Shown one piece after another: positions 51,732-63,620 of a stretch of DNA of 64,000 nucleotides; the first letter of the stretch is position 1, and each line of letters opens with the position of its first letter. The stretch covers positions 13,182,651 to 13,246,650 of the forward strand of contig CM120647.1 of NCBI GenBank assembly GCA_051362555.1. Direction: 5' to 3'. Position numbers and translations under genes: made by a program. This DNA comes from Lingula anatina. Its lineage: Eukaryota; Animalia; Brachiopoda. Below the pieces are notes generated by a model. It saw nothing but the letters and a program-made list of their open reading frames with translations. It did not search any database and was not told the DNA's origin.

Positions 51732-53708
51732 ATGTGTTGAGAGAGAGAGGGTTTGGAAGAACGCTACACAACGAAGCTTTTAAGTACAAGTTTCATGAAG
51801 GAACAGGTCTCTGGCCTTGCTTTATGTAATACTGTTGATCACAAGACCTCAGTTTTATGTCAACAAAGCTATGCTATTTTTAAAAACATTCCAAGGGCAA
51901 ATTCAGTTTCTTTATTTACTGACTGTATTTATTCATTGATAATTTTAAAGGGGGGGGGAGGTAAAACCACTCTGACTGAGCTCTCAATCAAATACATCCA
52001 AAACATTCCCTTTCAAGAAAAACTAATTCCTTCTAAAGTAATGAAATCCTTAATTGAATCAAGAATTAGTGTGACAATGCAAGTAGGCTTTTTATAAAAT
52101 TTAATGAATAGACGTTAAATCCTCCTCTCAAAAATTCTGTATTTGACTCTGCAAGTCACAAGATTGTGTAATTAATAATGGAGTGCTATTTATAACTCTC
52201 ACTCTGGGAAACCCCCTTCTAAAAATATAAATGACACAATATGAGTAATAAAAATTATCAGCATAAATATCATGCAACGGAGCAATACTCACTCGAATCA
52301 ATTCCATTGTATCACTCTATGGCAACATTTTTGATCATATACTAGTTAAAATGTTGCTTCGCTTAAATTTTCAAAAGAAACACATTGAAGAATATGCAAC
52401 AAATTTGCATATTATTATTTTATTTCAAATTGAAGGAATAGTGAGGGTGAAAAACACATCATTTTTTATTCTTCTTCGAAAAATATTCTAATACTACACT
52501 TCTAATCTCCAAACTCTTGTTTCCTGACTTTCCGCAAACGGCACAAGTACTAGTTACTGTCCACAACCCTTAATTAGAACTTCTCTGTACTGATTCAAAG
52601 AACCAATACAAAAAATATTACTTCAATTAAAAAAAAAAAAAACGCAACGCACTGAGGAATGCATGATGTAGGAAAAAAAAACGATCCACCCCCTACAACG
52701 CCAATAACGTTGCTCACAATATACGGTTACCATACAGCGTCAATATTGTTAACGTGAACCGCGATGCCGCAGCACGCGTGCCTGGACGCCGCGCAGTAAA
52801 CGATCACGTTCCGTGTCAAACAGCTGTTTAAGGGTGACCTAGTTTTGCCAACTTTAGCGGTGCGCGCATGGGCACGTTGATGTTACGCCACCGGTCACGA
52901 ACCCCCACGAATTCTCCTCAACAGCTGTTTTGTTCAGTAATTCTTGACATGTACGAAAATGCTTTGACCTGTATTTAATAGCCAATATTTCCGTGGCAGA
53001 GGGAATTTTTTGATGACGCGAAAATAAACCGTTGGGGAAAATCCCAATTTGCGTTTTTTGACGTTTAATCTAGAGCTCAAATCTTACACTGTTACATAGA
53101 ATAGTAATACGATCAATTTGATAATTTTTTTCTGTATTTTCTCTCCCTACAAAAACTTACCCTGTCCTCAACGGTACGTCGATCACTTGTGACACTGTCC
53201 TTTTCTTGTTTGTTTCTGAGGACAAAGTTATCGAAGGAGTCGGGTCGCTTTTTAAGTTCAAGTCCGCCATCTTTGAGTAATCCGTGTCCATGTCTTGCAA
53301 TCTGGCAGATTTTCGACTCTCTAACAGCCGAACCTCTTCCAGCGGTCTCATGAGCTCCGGAACACTGTCCTGGTCTTCCCCGGCGTCCGGTATAATGATC
53401 ACAATGTCCTCGGGTTTGTTGTGTTTTATCACCACCCCTGACAGTTCCCGGCCATGATGGGTGAGGAAAACTTTCTGGCCCCGCTTTAGTTTGGCGTCCG
53501 TGATACTCTGAAAACCCGGACCAATGATATCAGTGTCAAGGATCTCTTTTGTGTGACCATCGTCGAAGTTGACGGTGTAAAAAGTCCGACCGTTCGGTGT
53601 CGGATTTGACCCCTCCAGAACGCCCGAGTAATACCGTCCATCTTGCCACTGAGCAGCCACTCTCGTGCCTACAATAGAACGCTTCGCTAGGCGTCTTGTC
53701 CCAAACAT
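44006..53708 (-). CDS. ZNF704: ZNF704/ZNF395/SLC2A4RG (GLUT4EF/HDBP) family C2H2 + C-clamp transcription factor, ~516 aa
   Basis: Exons 53708-53161, 46934-46798, 46309-46104, 45646-45546, 45198-45012, 44704-44564, 44236-44006 (1551 nt, in frame). [13 protein letters not shown]-terminal domain, [32 protein letters not shown] finger, EEEFYYTE, C-clamp [28 protein letters not shown]. Confidence 0.92.
45772..46055. repeat. 39-bp minisatellite (~7 copies) in ZNF704 intron
   Basis: TGTCACACCTAACACAATGTCACAATGACCCAGTCTCAC units. Confidence 0.9.
49297..49435. mobile_element. Small palindromic MITE with 15-bp subterminal repeats
   Basis: CTATAGTCCGAAGGTTCATTAGTCCGA / TCGGACCAATGAACCTTTAGACTATAG. Confidence 0.65.
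51690..51749. repeat. (GT)n/(GA)n microsatellite
   Basis: Directly visible. Confidence 0.9.
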
Positions 53709-54507
53709 CGTCTCTCGAAACTCCCTCAACCGTTCCCCAAGGTATCGTTCCACTTTTCTAAGTTTTTTGGGGTAAGCAATACCAGGAGATTTATTAGATT
53801 TTTTGCCTTAAAGTTGATGTCGCAGTTTCACCGGTTGCTTACATCAGCGGTTTGTTTTGGTCTAGATGGGAGGCGTGGAAATACCGGCAAACTTGGTGTA
53901 CCACGTGACATTGTTTTGGTCCGCTGATTGGTTCATTGCAATAGTTTCTACCTTATGATTGGTTTAAAGTTCTAAATCTGTCAATCAATCAAAAGTGACA
54001 ACCAGCTGATTGTTAAGATTTTTTTCAATACAACTTTTATTTCACTGATTTAGTACTTAGATATGAGATCAATAAAGATATTCACTACCATTTTATCGTA
54101 CAGACAACATATATTCTTCTCATTTTGTGTCCTTGAGCGTCAATTTTGTTTCGATCTGCCAGGTTTTTTACCGCAACAAGCTCCGCCCTACATTCTGTTT
54201 ATATAGATTCTATGAAGTCAAATTTTACCCTCTGCAAAACATCTACCTAGTATTTCAGTAATGCCACAAAGATCACAAATATACTTTTTAAGCTGTGGAT
54301 TAAGCCGGAAACCACTGATTAATGCCTTTAATACATACTTACACATTTGTGACACTTTGAATACGTTTTACTAAAATGGGGCAATTTTCCAAAAGGGGAG
54401 GGAGGATGTTGGAACAGCGGCAACAAACGCGGTGCTCAGGTCACAGGTTGTTCATAACACATCCCGAAGATCCCACTAAAAATGTCAGCCCCCTTGTAAC
54501 AGCACAG

Positions 54508-57500
54508 ATGCCACCGTGGACATCTTGGAGTAGTTCGCTCATTCTTTTTGTGACTTTGGCATCGGCTTTAGGGCACCCAGAGCAGTTTGAAGGTATATGC
54601 GGCGCGTTTATTTGCTCACCTGAAACTTATATAGTATTCGAATATACAGTTTGCTAAGCCTAATCGTTTGTTCAAGTTATCTGAATGAAATAGACATATT
54701 GTACGTGTATCTTTGTAAATAACATGTGAATGCTGTATGTGTTCAGACCCATATATATTTGGTGCTTGAAACTCCAAAATTGTGCTATTTATTTGCATAC
54801 ATGTACCGGTATATCTGCATGGCTTTCTTATTATTCTACTTGGCCACCCCCCCCCCCCCCCCCCCGGCCCCCTCCTCCCCAAAAATAAATGAATAATAAT
54901 AGCAACAACAATAACAATAATAATAATAATGGTTAAAAATAAAACAAGTATAGCAAAGGGAACATGGGCAACTTGATTAGAACTTGGAAAAATGTTAATA
55001 ATTAATTTTAAATTAATAATAAATATTACGTACTGTTGTTCATCAGATGTACAAGTACACCTGTAGCGATTTGGGGTGAGTGCAGAAAAATCACCAGCCA
55101 GACCAGGAATCGAACCCGGGACCTCTCACTAACAGGGCGAGTGCTCTTACCTACCGAGCTATCCGACCGGTTCTACCTGCGTCTGGCACTACACTCCTCC
55201 CCCCCAAATGCCGAAAGGCGCGAGCCCTATCTCGCAACACCACTGCCACCATTGTAGCGATTTGGGGTGAGTGCAGAAAAATCACCGACCAGACCAGGAA
55301 TCGAACCCGGGACCTCTCGCTAACAGGGCGAGTGCTCTTACCTACTGAGCTATCCGACTGGTTCTACCTGCGTCTGGCACTACACACCAAACCATGCACA
55401 TACACATTATCTTTGTAACAAGGTTTCCCATCGGTGAAATAGATTTTTCTAGATCACTTGTGACATTAGCGATATTTAAATTACAAATCATGTCTAAGAT
55501 TAATTATATATACATCATTTCTGAGATTAAGTACGACATTTTTTTTTAACCAGCAATGATATCCTAACTTTTGGTCAACTCGCATCAATGAATCAGCAGT
55601 TCTGTAGCCAGGTCGATTGGTGGTATTCGAAAGAACCCATTTTTTTGCCAGAAAAAGGTCTCCTTTGGGCAAAATTATATCTAGGTACATGAAGGTTTCA
55701 TGGTAAAAGGTCCATTTTTTTCAGATAAAGAACCACCCATTTGAAATCAGCCATAAATGATAACAATTTTAAGAAAAGCGCTTATAGATGACAGGCCTTT
55801 CAAAATCATGTCTAATAGCTTAAATGATTTTTTGGTCCCTTTAGAAATGATTTACTTTCAGTTTTATTATACCTGATATGTTTTACTTGTAATTGCGTTA
55901 CAGATTATTTACTATGTCGTCACTGTGGCCATGAGGTTGCCAAGGCGTCACATTTGTTACACGTACCTAGTCCACTGGCCCTGAGACAGAGAAACGACAC
56001 AATACTGGGCGTGAAGGAAGTCCTCATACAACTCTTTCAAAATCCACAAGGTAATATATCCAAGTGTACTTGAAAGGGATGTGATGATGTACATGCATAA
56101 CAAGAATTCCCCGCGAATATTATAATCATTAATGTAATATATGATATCATAAACAGTATTGCAGGAAAAGAAGGCTACCACATGCAATTGTATAGATTGT
56201 GTATATTTAGTGGGAATGTAGGTTGTAATGAACTGTGTTAAGTCTGCAAAGTTGTACATATGAAAAATGAAATAAGAGTCCAGGGCTAGACACTAACTTT
56301 TATGAGCACCTGTCCTTCGGACAGGTGATCATAAATTTGACCTGTCCGATTTTCAATCCAACCTGTCCACAAAACCAATAATTTTTTTTTATTCATACCT
56401 TTGAACTTTGTCAATTAATATGTGTAGTCATACATTTAATGTATTTATTACCAACACATTCAATCATATGAGCCCCGAAAATGCACCTTAAAGTGAATTT
56501 ATGTTCAGATAAAAAGTTGTTTTTTCATACTTGTGAACTCCTGAAGATTTAATCTTGCATATAAGTCTAATATTTATTTAGTTCCAATCAGGGCTTCTCC
56601 TAGGATTTGAGGTACAGGGTTTACTAATTGTAAGTCTGCAATTTGATAACAGATTCACATGAAGTTTAACCAAAGCTAAAAAAAAAAAAAAAAAAAAAAA
56701 ATTATTCATAATTTGGCGGTAAGTTTGCTCAGAACACTTGCATAATTTGGCGGTAAGTTTGCTCAGACTTCGTTTTGCGACTGCATGTGTTTTGTGCCAA
56801 AAGTAGGTCACTCTTTTTAATGCCGTCTAGGAAGAGGCAAAAAGACATTAGTATGCAACAAAAATGATTTTTTAAAGATTTTTGCTCCACATTTATCATA
56901 AAACATGACCTGTCCGTCGGACCCAACCCTGCAACTTCACCTGTCCGAACTGAATTTTTACCTGTCCCGGACAGGCGGACAGGCGCTAATGTCGAGCCCT
57001 GGAGTCATAAACATATAACTCATTTAAAGCATATGCTATTGTACTAGTGTTATCAACTGAACTGTTTTTATTATTATAATTATTATTATTATTATTATTA
57101 TTAATTTCAGGAAGTCAGTTTCAAATAATAGCAGCTCAAAAGGCAGATGTTTATAAGTTAAATAAGGTAATGTGATTTGAAAATATTCAGTCTGTGCTAT
57201 GCAGTTGGTAAATTTTGTGAAATAAGAGCATCTGTAGTGTAGCCTGCTTTGAATTTCTGACTTTTACTGTCACTTCAATTATATTTACAAAAAAAAAAAA
57301 AAATAGAAGAAAGTGATCATGTTGAAAAGTTTGATTAGCTATAGAATTTAAATAAGATTTGAAAGTTTATTGTTTTTTTTTTTCTTCTTGCAATACCATG
57401 AGAAATAAACTGATACTTTACCAGCCAATATTTCACTTGCTTGCTGTCTATGTACAGAAACATTGGCTGGGGAAGTGTCAGCTCATTTCTCAAGCTGTCT

Positions 57501-59142
57501 ACAAAAAAAAAAATAAATAAATAAACAAATAGAAAAATGATCCATCTTTCATTTGGATTCTAGACACCATATTATGCATATTTTTGTTTACCTATTTTAA
57601 GACTTTTTTCCATAAATTGATTTTAGGCATTTATTGAACATTCCTGGTTCCCTGGGCTGACCTGGAGGGTCAGTGTCTGTCCTCGCTGTGGTCATCATTT
57701 AGGATGGTAAGGGGAACACACACCATATGTAAATATAACACACATTCGCACACACACAGTGTCTGTACTAGCTATGGAGAGCACATTTTATTCTCTGCTC
57801 TGTTTATGCTTAAAAGTATGTACCCATTGCTGGGCAGCTGAGTAAAAAGACAAGATTACCAATTTTAACAGCTTCCTCCAGTCTTTATTTCTGTTCTATG
57901 ATAATCACTACACACTCAGATATTTTATTGTTTTCTATAGTTGATATAATTGAGCAAAAGTTGCCATACATTTATGTGATATATTTTAGGTTCTTTGAGC
58001 CCCATACCCATGATTTACCAGAGACCTACCCTGAAGCCATCAAAGACGGGTTTGTTGGTCTTATCCTGGAGAATTTACTGCATCAGGACTGTAAGTGTGC
58101 AAGCACAAGCAGAACATAATCAGTTACTTTCAGTGTTTGCCTCTTAGGAAAATAAGTTGCTGGACCAAAAGTCCAGCCATCTTGAAAAGTAGCTGGACTG
58201 AATGTCTCTTGGGTGGGAAAACTTCTCAGCCCGTTCTAAAAGTTGTCAGCCACGGGCATACGGTCCAGCCTTAATTTCTAACACTGGTTACTTTGCATCC
58301 TTTAACACCACTGCCGTTTCGCCCCAGCATTGTTAAGCACTACTTCACTGTGGTGACCTTACTCCACTGGACCACTTCAGTATAGATTCACCCTAGAAAA
58401 ATCCAACATATTAAATATAATAACTTTTTATTAAATTTAAAAACTTTGTGTAATAACCAGTTTTTTTAAATCAAAATTACACCTTAATTCCTGGGACCCA
58501 GAAGTGAAAAATTTCTTGAATCTGTAATCAAAAACTGATAGAGGGAGTATAATGGCCCAGCAGGATTCAGTAACAGCGCAGTGAGTAATAAAGTGGAGAC
58601 AAGTTATAAGAGGAGATGCCATATAATTATTAAAATATAACCATACTTTTCACAAAACACAGATATATATGTAGCAGCCTCAAGTATGGCAGATTTAACA
58701 TCATCTCTACTAAGGTCCTTTTCACATCAAATATGCTGATGCACTTTCTGCAATTGACAGCAGAGCAGCTAGCCTGCATGGCAATACAATGAAAATGAAA
58801 AAGAGTCACCAAAACGGATTACCCTTAGTATTATATATTACTCTAATTGTAAGAAGAGACCATATTGCTTAAGTATACTGCCTGATGTGAAAAGTCAAAG
58901 AGTTACATCTAGCTCAATTTCTTTAATGCAATGGTACCATTTACTACATTTTCTCCTCAGCATATAACTACACTTGCCTAATACACACGTGACACATATT
59001 AGTTGTTGTGTAGTTACTGGTTAAAATGACATATTTAGGCAGTGTAGGGGTTTCGATAATTGAAATTGAAAAATAATTTATACTTTTTTTCTTTTCAGTT
59101 GCTGATTCACTTCTTATAACTCCGAAGTCTTATCTTAGCTGA
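54508..59142 (+). CDS. Secreted-type cereblon-like CULT (thalidomide-binding/Yippee fold) domain protein, 170 aa
   Basis: Exons 54508-54592, 55904-56050, 57111-57166, 57627-57706, 57990-58090, 59099-59142 (513 nt, GT-AG, in frame): MPPWTSWSSSLILFVTLASALGHPEQFEDYLLCRHCGHEV...RNDTILGVKEVLIQLFQNPQGSQFQII...EHSWFPGLTWRVSVCPRCGHHLGWFF...FVGLILENLLHQDFADSLLITPKSYLS*. Confidence 0.9.
55062..55384 (-). mobile_element. Miniature non-autonomous LTR retrotransposon (TRIM) with tRNA-derived LTRs
   Basis: Two 132-bp TGTAG..CTACA LTRs (55062-55193, 55253-55384; 5 differences). PBS TGGTGGCAGTGGTG (55251-55238), PPT GGGGGGGAGGAG (55205-55194), 4-bp TSD CACC; each LTR holds a tRNA cloverleaf with A and B boxes. 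Confidence 0.9.
55620..55740. repeat. Dispersed repeat fragment (second copy ~61795-61900)
   Basis: Shared TTTTTGCCA..AAAAGGTC..TGGG.AAAATT..ATCTAGGTAC..TTTCATGG.AAAGG.TCC..TTTTTCAGA. Confidence 0.55.
56281..57001. mobile_element. hAT-type MITE with 5-bp TSD
   Basis: TIR CAGGGCTAGACACTA / TAATGTCGAGCCCTG; CCTGTCC subterminal repeats; GAGTC at 56276-80 and 57002-06. Confidence 0.8.
58131..58286. mobile_element. hAT MITE with canonical 8-bp TSD
   Basis: CAGTGTT / AACACTG termini; GTTACTTT at 58123-30 and 58287-94. Confidence 0.8.
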
Positions 59143-60442
59143 CATCAGCTCATACAGTGACAAACTGAGATATGTGCAGATTGTGCTCTTCCTTTCTCAC
59201 CTAACACAATTTAATTTTATAACCAGATATAAAAATTAATTTGTTATTTACCACTGCTACATGTATGTGGAGAAAGACGTTAAGAACATTAAAAAAATGA
59301 AATTAAGTCATTGTTGCATGATTGCAGATGAAGGTGTAAAATGACTACATTCAATATAACATGTCTTGAGTAGTGGCATTACGTCAGGAGTCATTTTAAC
59401 TGAAAGTTCGTTTAATTAATGTTAGAATACCTTCATGTAACATTGCAGCACTTGCTCATTTTCAAGATTATATCTTAAAAAGTTTACAGAAATGCACGAA
59501 AAGAAGATTCAATTAATGTTTTTTTCTTGTGACAGTGCATTTATTTTATGCAATAAAACCTTCAGAATTCTACAGTAATTGTCTTAGTAATTATGAGAGT
59601 GTCTTAATCTGGGAATTGCATGTACAGCCTTTTGCAACTTTTAAATTTTTTCTAATTCTTAAAGAATAAATACATCCAGTTAGATATACAGATGTACAAT
59701 AAATAAAAATTAATCAAACCATAAGTAATGAAAGAAAGGAGAAAAGTCTTACTTTGCATAAACATTTTGAAGGTAATGGGATGGGTCCATTATTAGAAGT
59801 AGTGTTACAGTGTAATAAGCTAGGACCCTAGAAAGTTCATAAATTTTAATTTAATTTTAATCTAATTAATTAAAATTAATTAAAATAAAATAAAACGGAA
59901 AAGATCTGAAAACGAGTTTGGATCTTGCACGAATGAATGAGCTAGCGGATGAAAATAAAGACGCGTGAACAAAATCCGTGCCAAAATTCTCCAGCGTTAT
60001 AATTCGTGATACATCAAGAGAACTTTTACGACATACTTTATAAAGGGTATCGGTTTTTGGCAAATATTGATTAGTCCCCCAGTGACACCGTAATATTATT
60101 TGTTCAGCAAAATACCAAAATTTGTAGAATATATAAATAAAGCCTGGTATTGTTTGATGCCATGTAACAGAAGTTTTTTCTTGTAAACTAAAATACTTTT
60201 TCTTTTTAGTTCATGAATATTTTCTTTAACAATTTTAAAGTATTTTAAGGAACCAAGCGCAATTTGTAACTCGTCGAAACCCAGGTAAATGCTGATTTCA
60301 CCTAGTCAAATGACATAAAAAGTAATAGTGAAAGCAAAAACAGATTGAGAAAGACATCTCAAGGACCAAATGAATTCCACTGGACCGACAGTGCCTTACG
60401 AACAGTCAAACAATCGTTATATTCACTACACAAACCTTTGTT

Positions 60443-62300
60443 ATGGAAGAACTTTCTGATCCGTCCAAAAACATGGCTCGCACAGTCAGCGTTGTGTCTT
60501 CTCGACGGCTAATACAGATAGCCGGTCGTCTTATTCTGGAGTTCGGAGTTAAATTCTGGAAGGGTTGTTGTACCTGCGCCCTTGGGCTGATGCTCCTGTA
60601 CTGGATGTATGGGAGCCTGGTTGCCTTGCTGCTGTTGTTTTTCGCAATCATTGGTAGGTAGTTGCGGTCCTTGCATTGTTTTATTAAGCGGATGTGTTAA
60701 TTTCTTTCTTTTCTTTTTCTTTTTTTTTTTTTTTTAGATTTTTTTATTCACTTTATTATTTTTTTTTTTTGGGGGGGGGTCACTAGAATATCTCTGTATG
60801 AGAGCATCCATTTGTTGTAAAGATATATTCAGTATTTATAGTCAGACATGATTTTTGTCATTTAAAAGTGGATTTTTTTTTTTTTTTTTTTTTTTTGCCC
60901 CAGCATCTCCCAGATGCACACTGGGGTCATAATTACTTAGCACATAATTCATCATTAAGGCCGCAAAGCCATTGCTTGCAGACCTGGGCTCCATAACTCG
61001 AAAGCATCGCCAATTGCGAATAACAATATCACCTTTTATTTCAAGGTTATTGCATGGGGCGAGTAAATACAGAGTTACGGAAAATAGACGCTTGAGCTTG
61101 GTTGCAATTTTGTGATGCTTTTGAGTTACGGAGTTCAGGTCTGTATACAGTATTGCTGTTGTCTTCAGGGTATAAAATTAATGTACTACACCCTACTGCA
61201 GTATCCAGCTAAAATGCATTGGAAACAATCACAAATGTTATCCACATTGCAGGTGTACTGTACAACCTTCAGGACAAGTTACTCTACTATCCTGAAGAGC
61301 CGGCACACTCCAGGATCTATGTAGAACTTCCTCAGGGCCTCAGTTACGAGAACATCTTCACACACACCTCTGACAGGGTACACATCAACATGGTTCTTAT
61401 AAAACAGCCGCAGGGAAGGTTTGGAACGGCACCTACCATGGTTTTCTTTCATGGGAATGCTGGAAATATTGGGCATAGGTAAAGCAGTGTTGTGGTTACT
61501 TCTGGTATGATTTAGCTTTAAATGCTTTTAATGAATTACATGAAACATGACATCAATTATCAGCATGGAGAATAAATCTGATCAGAATGTTACTAGCAAT
61601 ATGGAATACTATACTTCACAGAAATACAAAAAGGATCCTGGTATACATATGATTTTTCCTGATGTCTGGATCAAATATTTTCTTTTGATCCAGAAAAAAA
61701 AGAAAAAAGTTTTTCTTCCTATTGTTCATCTGATTTTTTTTAAAATGATCAATTTCCACTGCAGATTCATAAAAAAGGTGACATCAGGGGTTTCAGACAA
61801 ACCAACCTTTTTGCCAAGAAAAGGTCAGATCTGGGTAAAAATTGATCTAGGTACTAGTACATGGATGTTTCATGGAAAAGGGTCCCCCTTTTTCAGAAAA
61901 AGCCCCCCCCCCCCTTTTTTTTTTTAAATCACTGACTTCAGGCCTGTGTCCGTAACTTATGTCTTCCCTCTTTCAGAATGATGAATGCTCACTGTTTGTA
62001 CCTCTACTCTGGCTTCAATATTCTGTTGGTGGAATACAGAGGCTATGGTAAAAGTCAAGGAAGCCCATCAGAGGAAGGTAAGCTCTCTCCAGGGTCATAA
62101 GACCTAGGGCCAAAACTTTTCCAAGCAAACCATCTAGACGTCATTTGTACATCCACCAGCTTCACCGAACAGCCTATATTTTCAAAGACTGCTGGATGGC
62201 TTATGAATTTTTTTGAAAAATGTTGGCCTGGACTTCCTGAAACTTTGTAGGAAATTACAGGTGGTCATTTTGGATGCCCTGTACCCCCAATCTCGGGGAT

Positions 62301-62333
<33 letters not shown>

Positions 62334-63620
62334 GTCCTGCCTAGGACCAATTTCATTCCAAAAAGGTAGAGTACTAGTAATTAATGAATGGGTGGATGAA
62401 AGGATGGATCAGTGGATGGACAGATTGGTAGATGGGTGGTTGGGTGATGGACCAATCAGTGGTTTATAGTAACACTGAAAATAATAATAATGCTCAGATA
62501 ATGATAACCAAATAAAAATAATAATTTTATAAATTGATAGATAAAAGTGAAAAAGAAATGAGTCTAAAAGTGCTACGTCAATTTTCTTTACAGGTCTGTA
62601 CCTGGACGCCCTAGCAGCAATGAAATATATTTTTCAAAGAGAGGACGTTGACCACTCTAAAATAGTTGTGTTTGGGAGGTCGCTAGGAGGGGCAGTAGCT
62701 ATATATGTATCTACCCATCCACACTATAGCAGGAAGATCTTTGCAGTGATTTTAGAGAATACATTTACCTCCTTGCCACAGGTGGCTAAGGCAATATTTC
62801 ACTTAGGTTTTCTACAAAGTTTACCAAACTGGAGTTTTAAAAACCAGGTGAGAAAATATATGTGTGATTTGTTTTGATTTTATTGATTTATTTAATATTA
62901 TTGTAATATTTTTTTGGAGGGGAAGGGGTGAAGAGATGTGTTAACATCATATTGTTAGAGTAGGTATCTCTATTATAAGTGCAGAACTTTGAAAGGAATA
63001 TTCGTCTCAGAGGCGGATCCAGCAATATTTTCTGACAGTCTTCCAAGTTATCTTTGCTGATCCAGCCTCCATTTTTTACCGTCTTCCAACAGAAAAAAAA
63101 GATACCCTTAAATAAAAACGTGAAAATCTGACAGTCTTCCAGAAGACCCAGAATAGGCCCAAATCTGCCCCTGTGTCTGATTGTTCAAGTTACATTTTAG
63201 AATAAGAAATCATGTTATTATCATAATTGTAATTTTAATAGAAGGCCTTGAATCAATGATTTCAGTATCCATCTGTGATCCGTATCAGACAACTGCAGCT
63301 TCCTACTCTGTTCCTGTCAGGACAGAGTGATAATCTCGTCCCGCCTGCCATGATGAACGAGTTATACGATGTAAGTATTAATCGATCTGTGTGATGATAA
63401 ACAGTTTGATGACCAACTTTTGGATCATTACTGTAAATAGGTAATAATATAAATAATATATAATTATTAAATTTGTGCATGTACATATAATTCATATGGA
63501 TGGATGTTTCAGAAATCTGGCAGTATACTAAAAAGACTGGTGAAGTTTCAAGGAGCCTCCCATAACGAAACATGGCAGAGCAACGGGTACTATGATGCTA
63601 TAAATAACTTTATGATGGAG
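60443..63620 (+). CDS. ABHD13: Alpha/beta hydrolase ABHD13 (3' end uncertain: either reads on to TAA at 63638 or splices to an exon beyond the window)
   Basis: Exons 60443-60653, 61253-61478, 61977-62077, 62594-62847, 63266-63370, 63513-63620. N-terminal TM, QDKLLYYP, FFHGNAGNIGHR, EYRGYGKS.GSPSEEGLY, GRSLGG nucleophile, ENTFTS, D..VP, HNETW. Confidence 0.93.
60979..61143. mobile_element. Palindromic MITE in ABHD13 intron 1
   Basis: CAGACCTGGGCTCCATAACTCGAAAGCATC / GATGCTTTTGAGTTACGGAGTTCAGGTCTG. Confidence 0.7.
63008..63173. mobile_element. hAT-type MITE, probable 5-bp TSD
   Basis: CAGAGGCGGAT / ATCTGCCCCTG termini; CGTCT vs TGTCT flanks (one CpG-type mismatch). Confidence 0.6.

Noticed and set aside
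55095-55365. Two functional tRNA genes or a SINE dimer
   Set aside because: The anticodon loop is non-canonical, and the units sit inside TG..CA LTRs with PBS, PPT and TSD
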